Source of the DNA: the human T2T-CHM13v2.0 reference genome, Homo sapiens
Assembly (NCBI RefSeq): GCF_009914755.1
Contig: NC_060946.1
Strand: one strand, 5' to 3'
Length of the DNA stretch: 64,000 nt
In this document: positions 1-16,170 of the stretch, in pieces
How the letters are laid out: each line of letters begins with the position of its first letter
Position numbering within the stretch: the stretch's first letter is position 1
Notes under the pieces: model-generated
The model's input: the letters and a program-made list of their open reading frames with translations, nothing else
The model's database searches: none
Told to the model about the DNA's origin: nothing
Translations under genes and position numbers: made by a program

Positions 1-2229
1 TTTTAAAGCTGTTTCATTCTGGGGTCGTGGGGAGCGAGAAAGTTTTTAAAACTTCAGGGGTTTCTGAGGTTGCCAGGACCATGAGCTAATTGGCAAAGTG
101 TTGATGACTCAACGCTGGGAAAGTCAAAGACAGAAGTTAAGACACTTTGCTCCCCGGCCTTAAGCAATTAAGGAGAAATCATTCCTGTTTCAAAAGTAAA
201 ATGATGAGGCTCTCAAACAGCTGTACACTGCAGAATCAGAGGGGTCATGGAGTCTTGCCCAGAATACGGTCAACTCTCCCACAGCCCATGGTGGGGGGAA
301 ATTCCCTTCCCTTTCCATTCCTTTTGTAGCAGAACGCAGGAACTGCCTCGGCTCACACCTTTCTCGCTGATCAATTCATGCCACCTGCTTTGTCTGCCCT
401 CTGAAGGCGGGGTTTGCTCCTCGTCAAGACTGCCCAGGCGAGAACCGCAGACTCAGACCCCAGCCAAAAGGACCGGCAGAAGGAAAGAGGGGAGAAGGGA
501 GGGGAAAGAGTGAGGTTTTTCTGAAAGCTCCTCTCCCTTCGCTGAAAAGTTCTTTGAAATAAACAACGTGGGTGTTGTATGGTGAGCCCAGAGCCTTCAG
601 GTCACTTGCTTTAGAAAGCCCAGATCTGCAAACTCTGAGGACCTGGAGGGGGTGGGGGAGCTCAAAGTGGAGCGTTTTAGTAAGACACGCTCGTTAACAA
701 AAACTGAAATTAAATAGATAACCATCACGGTTATATATTTGGGTGAAGTGATATCAGTTACTTCCTGTCTAACCCACCGGGGAATCTATGTGCCCCCCAC
801 CACAAGCCATAAATGGCTTTTGCAGGCATCAGCAGCACCCAAAGTTGCCTGCCCCTGCCAACCACCACTCATCTCTGCTCAGAGCAGTTATTCCTTTGTG
901 AGATGCTTGGGACATGGCTCTAGTTTTGCAACAGGGTGAGATTCCAAAAAAATGTTGGGGAGGGGGCAGAGGAATTCCAGAGTTCAAAACTAAAAGGCGC
1001 AGGAATCAAAGTCATTTCATTCTATTCTCTTTCTCTGTCCTCTAGCCCTCAGGAGTCTGCAGATCCCTGCAAAGGCTCAGAGAAGGCTGAGCAGGCTGAG
1101 CAAGAGGGTGCCTCATCCCTCCCAGGGGTGGGGTTGCCCAGGCTGGACTGGGGATGGAATGGGAGAGGTGGAGGAGATACACGCAGTCCCCTCCTTCTTC
1201 CCTGGGATGCCCGGCCAGGAACAGCTTTCAGAAAAGGGAAAGGGCTGAGAACAGCCTCCTCCAACTCCAGCACCCAAGGCACGGGCAGCAGCCTTGCTCC
1301 AAAGACTGCAGGCTGGGAGCACACCATCCCCCATGCAGACCAAAGGCTGCTTAGCACAGCGTGAAAATGCAGGGCCTGGGCATTTGCGAGGAGGCCCAGA
1401 AAAGGAGAGAAAACACTGCTGTCGAACATTCCAACTCCTTCCCACAGAGCAGAGCTGGACACGTCCTCACGTCCATCGCAGAGAGGGGCGGCTTCCAGCA
1501 GGAGAAGAGAGAACTCAAGTGGAAGGGAACTGAAGGCTGAGCACTGTGTTTGCAGGAATGAAAATATATTTTCTTAGGGAACAGACAAAACAAAATCCCA
1601 GGCGGAATACCTAAGAGGGGCATTCATTGTTTGGCTCCTGCCTGACTGATGACACTGGGGTGTCAATATATAACATTGTGATGACAATTGGACTTTCACC
1701 CGGCAATATTCCAGAACTACTATTCTCCAGGATTTCCATTTTAATAAGCAGTGAACAAAGCAAAAAGAAAATAAAAGGGGAGGGGGTAAGAAAAGGAAAA
1801 AGAATAAAAAAGAAAGCAACTCTTGTCTTATTATGAAATAACAATACTTGGACATACAGCAGCATGAAAACAAAACAAGGAAAGAGGTCATCTAAAAAAT
1901 GTATGCCAAGATTACCGAAACATGGGGAGTATCTAGAGGAAAAAGGCTTAAGCAAAAGTTTGCTAACTGCAGAAGGGTTAACACTGGTAACATACTGTGG
2001 CAGACAAGTTTCTTTTTTAAAAAAACTTTTGAGGTTCCCCCCCTTTAAATTAACCCTTTCCGGTCCATATGCCACTAAGCAGGTACCAACCTAGAGAAAA
2101 AAAAAAAACTCATCCACTCAGCAATAGTGGCCCTTTCAAATTAACAGAGGGGTGGGGTAAGGTTGAGGGGGAAGGAAACAGACAGGGGGAGAGGAAGGGC
2201 CTGGTAGAGGAGGGGATCTTTCTTGTCAT
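1..2229 (-). other. MN1: MN1 3'UTR (continues beyond window start)
   Basis: Follows the stop codon. No recognisable repeats, U-rich tracts on the minus strand, and no AATAAA seen on the minus strand inside the window. Confidence 0.8.
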
Positions 2230-2607
<378 letters not shown>

Positions 2608-5600
2608 TCAGCCAAGGGAAGACCTCCCTGTTGGGCCTCAGTTTCCCCACTGGGAAATAGGAAAGTGAGGCAGGATAAACTCAGAGTTTGCCCATCTCTG
2701 ATGCACCAGAGTTCCCAAAAGATTAACTGGACGTGATCTAAGTCAGGAATGCTTCCTGGAGGAGGGGCATCTAAACTGGGCATCAAAGGATGTGTAGGAG
2801 TTCGCCGCATGCAGTGAAAGGGTGGAGGGGAGGATTGTCTGGGTCCAGAACACAGCCTGTTTGTGTGTCATCCTCTGGAGAGACATTTGCTTAGGGCCTA
2901 CCACGAGCTGGGAACTTTCTTAAAATGTGCCAGACTGCATACCAACTCCAGGGGGGAAGGATGATCACCTCTACTTTACAGCTAAGAAAACTGAGACTCA
3001 GAGAGGGAAGATGACTTGCCCCGAGTCACACAGGAGAAAGTGTGGAGTCACAGCACCCTTTCCAGAGGAGCAGGAAGGATGGAGAAGGTGCCTGTGGATA
3101 CCCAGCTTGGCACAGCTGAGCCACAAAGACTAGACGCCCACAGCTCCCCAAGCCCCATGTGCTCCCCAATCCCCAAGCGCTCCCCAGTGCTTTCCAATCA
3201 CTCCCTTTTCAGCCCCTCTCCCACCTCTGAAGGTTCTGCCCCTCATTGGTGTGCAGGGGCTGAGGCTCCATAGAGGTGGCTTTGAGAGTGGGGGCATGGG
3301 AGAAGAGGAGCCCTTCGGGACACCTGCCTGTGTCTTTCATTCCCTCCTACGCTCTGGCCTTAGCTTGCTCATACTCCATTTTACAGATGAGAAGTCTGAG
3401 CCCCAGAAAGGCACAGAAACTTTCCTGGGGTCACACAGCTCCAACCTAATGGCTGAGAGAATCCAGTTGTAGCTCCGCAAAGGGACCCGAGGCCAGTCCC
3501 CTCCTCTGAAAAGGGGAGTGTCCACCCGGCTCATGCACCTCCTTATGATGGCTAGTCAACCAGGCTGTTGATATGTACAAGGTGTTTGTATAAACTGTAA
3601 AGTGTTGTCCTCACAAGGACAGAAGATGAAGTGTTCAGAGCAGGAGAGACAGAGAATCTGAGCTCCCCAATCAGACCAGCACAAAAGCACCATTCTCAGC
3701 TACTACGTGAAAGGACTCTGGGTGCCTGGGGTGGGGGAGTCTATTCCTCTCCCATACCCTTAGTGAAACTCCCCTGAACCCTCTTTTCATTGAGTCACAC
3801 AATGCCAGAAAGCACCACAGATCACAGGGATGTCTGTGTTAGACACGCTTGAGGAGAAAGGAGCCTGACAACCATTCACATCTTAGTATAAATTAGACCA
3901 AAGCAGGGAATTTGCAGGACTTCTCATTTACGGCTACCACATGACCACTGGCTCTGTCCTGAGACCTGCCATATGTCAATGAAGAGTCTCATTATTCTCA
4001 TTTCCTAGACTCTGACTTTAGAGTATGTCCAAGGTCACACAGCCTGGAAGGGACAGAAAGCTGGGTTTGAATATGGGCTGATGTTGAATTTCTGCCTCAG
4101 TAGTAGTGAGAAAAGCTGAAATTGGGGGTGGGGGGCTCTACTCCAGCTGAGGGAGCACACCCAGATACTGAACTCCATGACCGGCCTGCCCTCAATCCTC
4201 TGTGCAAGCCCAGCCAAGGGCCCTGTGCCAGGCAGGAGTCACCGGCCCGCCCTGCCCTCTGGGATTAAGCAGGAGGCCTCCCCCAGGAGCTGAGCCACAG
4301 CCTGCAGAGAAAATCCTCCCAGAGGGATGGGCCCAGGCAGCTGAGGACAGGCCATGACTAACTGGGCTTGGGGCCCCCACCCTGGAGCCCCAGAGACACT
4401 CAGCTTTGGGACCTGCATGCTGGGAGGAGCCGGAGCTGGGCAGAAAGGAGACTTCCTTGGCCCCTTCCCTCATTCATGCAACTAACCTGCCTTTATTGAG
4501 GACCTTCTATATGCCAGGCATGGTACAAACCCTATGGATCTAGCATGGAATAGGACAGACACTATCCCCACCCTCCTCCTGGAGCTGATGGTGAGGCCAG
4601 GAAACAGTGTCTCTTTGTGACCAAAGCACGGTCACTTTGAAGTCACAGCCCCACTACTGTGTGGCCAAGGCTCTACCATGTTCCCTCTCTGGACCTCAGT
4701 TTCCCCATGGGTGAAATGGGGATGATGTCATCTCCCCTGGGGCCTTGTAATGGCCTGGCACACAGACAGTCCCCCAAACAGTGCTGCTGGGACTGTCATT
4801 CATATCTGGGAGGGTCGGGGGTGAGGGGGGCTTTGCAGCCACTTAGAATCCCCTAAAGCCCCACTACTTCCTGGGGCCCAGCTAGGTGGGCGTGTTCCTG
4901 CCCATGAAACAGGAGCCTTTGCCCCATTTCACAGAAGGAGAAACTGAGGTTCTGAATCCAAGGTTTCAAAGCTAGTTAGTAGTGGTGAAATCTGGATGTT
5001 GTTAATACCCCACCCAGGGCTTCCTGGGGAGAAGGTACACCAGGAAGCTTAAGGCATCAGATGCAGGGTTTCTAGGAACATGGCAGGCCCTGGATTCTGG
5101 CAATACTGAGGCACAGTGCCCCAACCTTTGCTCTTGAACCCATGCTTGCCTTGTTCCCAGCGACCCCTCCACCCTACCCTGCTTAATATCTCCAAAGGAA
5201 TTTTATTCCAAGCACTGCAAGATCTGGACTGGGGTGGGGTGAGGGAAGTAGTACCTGCCACAGAGAGAGAGAAAGAGAGAAAATCTGAAAGGGGGTTATT
5301 TCCCCCACTTTGCACAAATTATCTCAAGGAATGAACGTAGCAATGCTTGAGCCCACTTTACAGATGAGGAAACAAACTCCGAGGGATGAAGCTCCTTGCC
5401 AAAGGAGAGATAAACTCTTTGCTCTGGGGCTGCAAGCACCCAGAAAGTGAAAGAAAATTCCTGAGCAACACACCGGGCAGAGGAAGCTGGGTCTGCCAAG
5501 TGATGGGTAAGACAGACCCAAATGGCCAAATTTTCGAAAGACGCTTTCATCCCCAAGTTACAGCCATAAGCGTGCCGTGCACTAACGCCAGAAACCATTG

Positions 5601-8013
5601 CTGTTCTTATTAGGGGTGGATTTAATGAGGGCATCCCAGGCACACAACTGAACACTTCTGTGTATTATCTAAGCCCATCACCCAGCAAGCCCATCAGTGG
5701 GGGTGCCCCTTCTCCCCACCCCAGCAGGGCCACCCTGGGCTCAGAGAGGGTGAGAGCCTTGCCAGATGTCACAGAGCATGGGTGCAGGATTCCCCAGCCT
5801 CCGCCTAGAATGAGAAAGAGAGCCAACCAGTCTGGTATCCACAGGGAATATTTTTAAGAGAGAATATTATTCTTCAGTTCTTGACAACCCAAGCATGACC
5901 AAACTCATCCTCCCGCTGGATTCATTCCAGCTAGGGGGACCTAACACGCCCTCAGACCGCGGCTCCCCAGGGCTGCCGAGTCGCTGCCGATAAATCAGTC
6001 CCACGGAAGCCGCCTCAAGTCATGGCCTGCCCCAGCTCAAGAGAGGCCCTCAGTCTCCGCTCCTTGAGGCGGTAAGCACGCCAGCCCCCACGCCAGGACC
6101 CAGAGATAAAACCACCCCCTTGCCAAGCTCCCAGGGTTGGCGGAGATCATGGAGTCACTCAGCGCCCAGCACTGGCAGACATCACAGGACCCAGTGAGTG
6201 CTGTTCTGTTTTCCACTTGATTGTCAGCCTCCCCCATCAGACTGTGGCCATGTGGAGAAGGGCAGGTTTGGTCTGTTCACCCCCCGACCCTGCACACACC
6301 AGGCCCTCAGTTGGGTCCAGTGTACTGACTGTGAAGCGCCCTTCATCCCCATTTGACAGACGAGAAGACTGAGGCTCTAAGGGGCAGGAGCTACCCAGGG
6401 GTCACCCACGGCCATGTCACCAGCTCTGGTGGTGTGGCTCTCTCCTGTCAGCCCAGGATTCCCAGCTGCTCAGGCCAGGGTGGAATCCCAAATGCCCTGT
6501 ATCTGGGCAGCTCCTGTCTGCAGAGCCACAGTTTCCTCATCTGCAACTTGGGGGTGGTGATTCCTGCTGAGCCCGGCTAAGAGCAGCATGGGAGACCTCA
6601 CGAGAGACTGGCAATACCATGTGCATGTTGGGGGGTCAGTCCCAGAGGCTGGGGCAACATCATCTCAAAACAGATAACCCTGTGTGTGCCTCACCCGATT
6701 CAGGCAGCACAGGGGGCCGAGGGCAGGGGCCTCTGGTTCTTGGGGACTGATGGGCATGCCTGCCCAGCAAGGAAAGACTGCAGGACAGTTTTTAAGGACA
6801 GCTATGGCCAGAAAGAACCACCTCACACTCCATGCCCAGGGTCAAGGCCCAGAGCTGAGACAGACACCCCTGCTCTTTCTCCTCCCAAAAGCACTCCTCA
6901 GCTTTTCTTCATGGCACAAATCCTCGCTGATCTTCCGGCCTCTTCCTACTACCCCGTCACCCCTGCCCTGAACACCACAGCACTTCATTTGGTCATCATG
7001 CTGCAGAGGTTCAGTCTGCCCCCTGCTCACCCCGCTGCGATCACGAGACCCACGTTGGATTCTGTCTTCCAAACTTCTCCATCCACAATGGAGACAGTCA
7101 GTTCCATTAAGGGAAGGAGAGAACCAGGAGCAGGTGCCAAAAAAAGCAATTGCGTGAATAACTCAACTCACTCCGTTTCTCTTACAGGGTTCAACAATGA
7201 TAGTGGCCACCATTCGTGGAGCAAGGAACTTTTGTACATCACTTCAGCTCTCAGAACCTCGGTTCTAGGAAATGGGGGAAATAATAGGACCGGCCGTGAT
7301 GGAGGCAGTTAGGAGAATTAAGTGAAATGATCCATGCAAAACGCTTAGCACGTGGGGCGCTCCTGCCAACGCTGGCTATGAGTACAGCCTGTCAATGTTG
7401 TTGGCCAGCCTGCAGGTGACAGTGGGGACCTGCAGGGCTGGGCCCGGGGAGGGCTGAGTGACCCTTCTGCAGGCTGTGCCTGGGGTGAAGGGAGAATGGA
7501 AAAGAGGGGACGTTTACCTGGGGATGTTGCATTTTAAATTTTGCTTCTAGAGATGCCACCCACCCATAGAGGGGGCCGAGTTTTCTTTTTTTCTTTGAAG
7601 TCAGCAAAACAGGCCTCGTCATCACCCTGCTCTGCACTAAAATCCGCGGACCAGGTTCCAATGTGGGTGAGCCACGTGCTCAGGCGTCGTGAGCCGGGCG
7701 GAGGTGGCTGCCACCTCCCACGCCAGGCAAAGGGCTGCCTCGGTGGTTCTCCCAGCCACGGTTCCACCACTGAGCCCCAGGGAAGGAGACTTCTGACCCA
7801 GCCACCTCCTGCCCCGCTGCCTACCTGAGGGAAAGCCAGGGGTATTCGGGAAGAAGGACAGAGCCCAACAACTGCCCATATCAAGGGCTCCCTGGGTACT
7901 CCGGGCTAGGTGCTCACCTCTTCTCTAGTACGGGAGGAGTAAGAGAACCTACCTTGCAGGCTGCTAGGAGGATTAAGTGAGATGACAGCTGGAAAGCCTT
8001 CAGCATAAGGTGA

Positions 8014-8375
<362 letters not shown>

Positions 8376-8513
8376 ACATTTTTCCTTCTAATCCCCTAAC
8401 CTGGTACTACTGTTGCTCTTTACAGATGAACTGAAAGATGGTCCAGAGAGTCAGAGCCTGATCAAGGTCACACGGAGTCAGGGGCAGAGCCAGGCCTGCA
8501 ATCCAGCCCCTGG

Positions 8514-8728
<215 letters not shown>

Positions 8729-10026
8729 TCATCCCTGTGGGTGCTAGAAGCTGCCGAGGCTGGGGGTCAGGGTGCAATCCCAGGCAGAGCTTGAGAATGA
8801 GAATTCCGGGCATATTTTTAACTCGGGGCTTATGTAAGAAGCAGTGTGGGCCTCAGCACACAATAGCGGATGACTCTCGCCCAACTCACCCTCGCTGGAT
8901 TCCGACAAAGGGAAATGTATTTTGGTTTTTCCTTTATTTGGACCTGGTGCGGGGAGACATTGGGTTCTGTGACAGCTGCCACTCAACTGGGGGGCTGGGC
9001 GACTGGGCCTGGAAGCTGAATCAGGTCTGGTGGGCCACAGGGCTGAGCCACCACTTCTTGGAGCCTTCGTGCTACAGCCTGGGAGTCTCTTAGGCCCCCC
9101 ACACACTTATCTGTGACCCCCAGACCTTGGTAGCTTTTCTGTTCCTCACCTCCTTAGAAGGGCAGGGCCATTGCATCCAAGCCAGCCCCGGGCATTCCAG
9201 GTCACTCTTCCCTCCTCCCCATCCCCCACAGTCAGCCCAGGCACCAAGGAGGGAAGAGGCTGCCTCCAAAGTCTGCCCACTTTTCTCCTGCCCCACTACC
9301 CCACCCTGGCCCACATACCAACCATCTCCTGCCTGCAGCTGCCACCTTGCCTCACTCTCTGCTTACACACTGCCCTCCAAACCTGTCAGCTGGGGGAGTT
9401 TCCTGAAGCACCAACCAGAGCAGGCCTCTCTCCTGCTTGAACCTTCCATGGCTCCCCAGTGCCTCGCAGCTTTGCATGCCCCAGGCTGACTCCCTCTCGG
9501 GCCTCTGACCTCATCTCTCAGTGCTCTCTCCTGCACTGAAGCCCCAACTATACATTCTCTCAGCAGAGCCCTGATCCTTCCACCTCCACACCTTTGCTGC
9601 TGCGGTTTTTTCTGCCTAGAGCACCTGCCCCTCCTCACCCCAGGTGACTCCTGCCATCCTACCTGGCTGTCAGCCCCATGGCGATGTTTCTCTAACACCC
9701 CTACTCTGAGATGTGCATACTTCTCTCCCTGCTGGCAGATGGCACCCCTGGCTCCGGCTACCATGATGGTAATGATACCGCTAGCTGCAGGCTTGCTGGC
9801 TTCAGGGATGTGCTCACACATCTTGCTCTGGCAGAGGGGTGTTCTGAGGGCAGGGCCCCTCACCAACAGGCCACCAAACACAGAAAACATCACGGGGGAC
9901 TTTGGAGTCAGATGACCAAGGTCTGTATCCTGGTCCCTGGCATTTTTCCCAGCAGCTCAAGCTTGGGCAAGTCACTTTCCCTCTCCGAGCCTCACCTTTC
10001 TTCTCTGTGAAATGGGAAGAAGATAA

Positions 10027-10638
<612 letters not shown>

Positions 10639-11248
10639 TAGATGGGGCCTGGGAAACTCAGACTCTGGGCTCAGGGGCAGGAACAGCAAATCTCAGCCAG
10701 ATATCAGGGATCAGAAAGAAGGTCTACACGGCCACCAACCAAGCAGGAAAACAGCAAACCTGAAACTTCACGGTTGGCTCCCACCCCAACCCTCCCAGAC
10801 ACGCATCAGCTTAGAGGTTGTCCCAACTCTGAGCTTGGAGGCCTGAGTTCAAAGCCCACCATGGTCTGAATCTCAACTCTGCCCCTCACTAGCTCTGTGA
10901 TCTTCGGTGGGTCCACTTGCTGAGCCTCAGTTTCCCTATCTGTAGAAGGGGATAACAATCCCTCCAGTGACAATGGCCTGGAGACCCTAAGGGCAGACAT
11001 GCCCATGTGGCTCCCACCTGCTTCCTAGCACACAGTAGGCACCTGATAAGTATTTGTTAAGTGTTTTAATGAATGGCTCACATTTTCATCTCAGCTCTGT
11101 CACCTTGCTTGCTGTGTGATCCTGGGCAAGTCACTCTCCCTCTCTGGGCCTAACTGGCCCTCTCTAAAATGACTAGTGGTTTGGGTAGATATACAACCCT
11201 CCCCCCAAATCCCTTCTATCCCTCTGGGGCAATCAGATTTCACATTTG

Positions 11249-11916
<668 letters not shown>

Positions 11917-12489
11917 TCAGGGAACCACACCCACAACCCCAAGGATGGGGACCAAGAGATAGTGGCCAACAGCCTGCGTGACACTCTAGGCATCCCACCG
12001 GGGCCACGCAGAGCCCGAGGCAGGCCCAGGGGACTAGCCACTCCTTGGCCCAGCCCTATGCCTGTGTCCCCTGCCCCTTCTCTGCCCTCCCATCAATGAC
12101 AACTTCCATCAATAGTGTCACCGTGGCAATCGAGAAAAGGAAAAGGGAAAGCAGACCACTGTCTCTATGCGAGTCGGCTCCAGGGCGTGACCGTGAACAT
12201 GACCTGCAGGCTCAGTCGGTCACAGTGAATGACTCCAACACCCAGAGGGAGAGATGGCCCGACACACTAGCCCATTTTACAGCAGAGGACACTGAGCCTC
12301 AAGGAGGCGATGCCACAGGCGCAGGGTCACACAGCCAGCCATCCGCAGAGCCAAGGTCACACCCAGAGACGTCTGATGTCACAGTGTGTGGTTTTTATCA
12401 AAGTTGCATGAAAAAGGGAAACATCATTGGCCAAAGTGACTGGCACGACCTCTCCCACCCCACCACCACCCCCAATTTCTCTCTTGCAA

Positions 12490-12735
12490 GCATTCTCCTC
12501 CTTTCAATCTGTCTCGTTCTCGCTCTCTCTCTTTCTCTCTCTCTCTCCCTCATGTCTTGCTCTTATTCACCCTCCCTCTGTCCATTATCCATCCTCTCTC
12601 TCTCCCTCTCTCTTATTCTTCCTCCTTCTGCCCCTCCATCCGTATCTCCCTCCCTCTCTCCTTCTCCCCCTCCCTCTTATTCTCTAGTTCTTCTTATTTC
12701 TCTCTCTCTTTCTCTCTCTCTCTCTCACACACACT
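12490..12735. repeat. CT-rich low-complexity polypyrimidine tract
   Basis: About 245 nt of (CT)n/(CCT)n-like sequence. Confidence 0.9.
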
Positions 12736-13609
12736 TTTTGGGGGGAAAAAAAAAAAACCCAAGGCTCACAGATGGGATGAGAACTTCCCAGGGTGACACA
12801 GAAGCTGAGGACAAAACCGGACAGCCCCCGCCCCTTAACGTTTCTTCCCTCACCACTGATGTTACCAAAGTTTCAGCTGCAACCTTCCCCCATCTGACAG
12901 GAGGCAGCACACGGCAGGGATGGGGGCACCTGGGGGCAGGGAGGGCCTGCATTCCCCTTCTGCCCTGGGCACAGAGCCAGGTGCAAAGACAGCCCCCCAA
13001 CTCATGATGGGCAGGAGGGGTCTGCAAGGCCCCCCCGTTCCAGGCCCCACGAGGGTGAAGCAGAGGCCTCGCGCCGGCCGCTGCAGCAGTGCAGTCTGGT
13101 GAGAGGCTGGGCCAGGCCCCTGGAAGCCTTAGGAAATTAATTTGAGTTGACTTGGCTGAGGGCAGCTGTCATTTAGATTGAGAACTGGCCGAGGGCTCCA
13201 CAGAGGAGAGGCTGCAAGGGCATCATCGGAACCCGGCTGCCAGGAGCTGGGGGCAGGACCGGGGAATGCGGGGGGAGGCTGAGTCCTAGGGACTGTCCCT
13301 GGCCCTGAAGGAGGGGATGAGGTGGTGCATGACAGCCGCGGACGGCAGGATGGACAGAGTGGGCTCCTCGCACCAGGCCTGGGCATCTCTGATTGGGCTC
13401 CCTGTCCTGCCTGGCACCTCCGGCCACGCAGCCAGTGACCTGTGACAGATGCAGCCCTGCACACCCTGGGGCCACTCCTGACCTGTATGCTGCTAAGATG
13501 TGACAGGCCCCGGGGGGCTGAGGGCCAGTCGCTTAGCCTGCACCTTCCTCCTGATGGTGGTGTTGCCCGCGTGCTTATGCAAAAGCACAGCCCGTCGGTT
13601 CTGAGGAAA

Positions 13610-13755
13610 TTGACTCCTCTGAGCCTCAATTTCCTCATCTATGAAATGGGGATGGAGACAGTATCATTCTCATAGGAGGGAAGGCCTGGGGGCAATACAA
13701 GCAAAGTGCTTAGCACAGTGCCAGGGGCTGACTTCACCCCATAAATAGTAGCTGC
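13610..13755 (+). mobile_element. MIR
   Basis: ctctgagcctcaatttcctcatctatgaaatggg...aaagtgcttagcacagtgcc. Confidence 0.8.
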
Positions 13756-13759
13756 CATT

Positions 13760-13864
13760 CTGGAAAGACTCTCAAATATAATAATAGTATTTGCTGGTAA
13801 TACCGGTAATGCTGGTAATAGTATTACCATTAAGTACTATTATTATATTTGAGAGTCTCTCCAG
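13760..13864. repeat. Long inverted repeat (44-bp stem with 24 perfect bp, 17-nt loop)
   Basis: AGACTCTCAAATATAATAATAGTA (13766-13789) is the exact reverse complement of 13835-13858. Pairing extends on both sides. Confidence 0.92.
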
Positions 13865-14128
13865 CCCTGTCTCCAGCACAGCCCTCCCCCTCTCTGTTTT
13901 CTTGCCTTCTTGCCCAAGATTCACCCACATAGTGTTAGACCCTATACTGAGTGGCCTGGGCAGGATGCTGTACCTCTCTGAGCCCCAGCATGCTCGCACA
14001 GAAACTGGAGCAACTAAACACCAGGGCTGACACCTCACTGAACTCCTAGCACTCTGCCTGGCAAGTGGTAAGTCATTCAACAAATAATGATTTTTATCTA
14101 TAATAAAAAAAAAAAGTAAACAAATAGA

Positions 14129-14436
14129 GGCCGAGTGCGGTGGCTCATGACTGTAATTCCAACACTTTGGGAAGCCGAGGCAGGAGGATTGCTTGAGCCC
14201 AGGAGTTCAAGACCATCCTAGGCAACATAACAGGACGCTGTCTCAAAAAATAAAAATAAAAAATAAAACATTAGCCAAGCATGGTGGTGTGTGCCTATGG
14301 TCTCAGCTACTTGGTAGGATCACTTGAAACTGGGATTTCGAGGCTGCAGTGAGCTGTGATGGTGCCATTGCACTCTGGCCCGGGTGACAGAGCAAGACCT
14401 TATCTCAAAAAAACAAAACAAAACAAAACAAAACAA
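14129..14436 (+). mobile_element. Alu (AluJ-like)
   Basis: Starts ggccgagtgcggtggctc and ends in a (CAAAA)n tail. Confidence 0.88.
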
Positions 14437-16170
14437 ATATACATTCACATTTATTTGGAATTAGAGCCTCATTGCTTCCAGCCCATTGGAGGAAACATGA
14501 GGTTCAGTGCAAGTCTGGATTTTAAAAAAACACATTTTCAAAGTGCTGATACTTTGGGTGGAGGTCCTATGGAGCACCTGCCTCATCCCCCCCATCCATG
14601 GGTCTGCCAGGAGCTCTGGGGTATTTTCCTGTGTCGGGTCAGCACAGCTGGCAAGGGGCCGGCTTACCCACATAAGTTCCCACGCACTGCTTCATCGCCA
14701 GGGAAGGGCTTTGCATAGGGGTCAGTTGTGCACAGTCACGCACTTTGGAGACAGAGGCCTGAGTTTGAAATCCATCCCTGCCACTGTTGGGTTGTGTGAC
14801 CCTGGATCAGCCACTTTGATGCCTCCACTGCCTCCTCTGAAAAATGGGTTTGGTCATGCCTTCCTTGCAAAGAAGGGGATGAATTGGTACCCAACCGACG
14901 GTCAAAGTCCTGCTACCATTATCAATTCCCCAAGCCTGGGCCTAGGGCAGCCTAGAGGAAGGGAGTCCTCGTGAGGCCACTAACAACGTGGCAATGAGCT
15001 GATCACAGCCACACGTGTGCCTGCAGCCATGTGCTGGGCACTGAGCTCAGAGAGGTGAACCCAACACAGGTTCCACCACCTTCCAGAGCTCCCACCCTAT
15101 GGGAGAGATATTCCGGTAAACATGAACCTGCAAAATAGAGCAGGAGCTCCACCAGAGCAAAAGGCAGGCCCATGTTGTGAGATCTGAGGGGAGAACTGGG
15201 GATCCTGGAAGACTTCACAGAGGAGGCGGTGTGCAAGTAGGGGGTTAAGCAAGCTTTGCAGGAAGAGGAGGCGAGAGGAGCACGCCAAACCCAGGCGTGA
15301 CTCCTTCCAAAGCAAGAGACTGGCCCAGGGACCCTGATTTAGGGATGGGTGTGAAACGAGGGAAGAGGAGGCTGCAAAATTCAAGTGAGGTCAGTCACGG
15401 AGACCCCTGGAAGAAGTTAGACCGTGTTCCTGCCAGCAATGGGGAGCCAAGGAAGGCTTCTGAGCAGAGAAGGAGCATCGAGAATCCATCAAAATTAATA
15501 AAGGGGCTTGCACCTCATCCATCTAACCTTGCCGTAGAACACCTGACTTAGAAACATAGCCCCTTATTGAGAACCAAGTCCCTTGTATTCTCCAACTCTA
15601 AGCAAGGTGAGGGAAAAGAGTCCCACTCCCATGGGAACGGTACCTTGAGAAAGCTTGGGTCTCACTGGGCTGGCCAGGTGCCCAAGGCAGCTTCTAAGTC
15701 AGATGCCTCTAACTTGGGGCCCCAAGAAATCCAGCTTAGTTCCTCATTCCAGCCCTGCCACATCTCAGATGGTGACCTCTACAAGGGGCTCCACCTGTGC
15801 CTCTACTTCCCCTCTGCACAATGGATGTGATCATCATGCTCTGTGCATTACATCACCAAGTCCTCTCTGAGGCTACAGGTAGGGAATCAGAAGCCTGAGA
15901 GGAATGGGGACTCGTGCCAGGTCATCCAACAGTGAGCAGAAGGGCTGAGGGCAAGTCACTTAATCTGTCTGTGTCTTGGTTTCCCCATCTGTGAAATGAG
16001 ATCTTAGACCTACCGGGCAGGGCTGCCAGGAGAATGACATATGATATTACCAATAACATAATTACCGCTAGTACCTATCACATGTTCATTCTTTTAAACT
16101 CAATAATTCCTCATGTAACCCTGGAGGAAGCATCTATTCTCCTAGTCCCATTTCTCAGATAAAGACGCTG

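Noticed and set aside
1740-1745. ATTAAA as a proximal poly(A) signal in the 3'UTR
   Set aside because: No clear GU/U-rich downstream element, so it cannot be supported from sequence alone.
12045-13007. 320-aa plus-strand ORF with a hydrophobic-looking L/S stretch
   Set aside because: Non-ATG start, spans a MIR and a CT low-complexity tract that lacks stop codons, and shows no protein family features.
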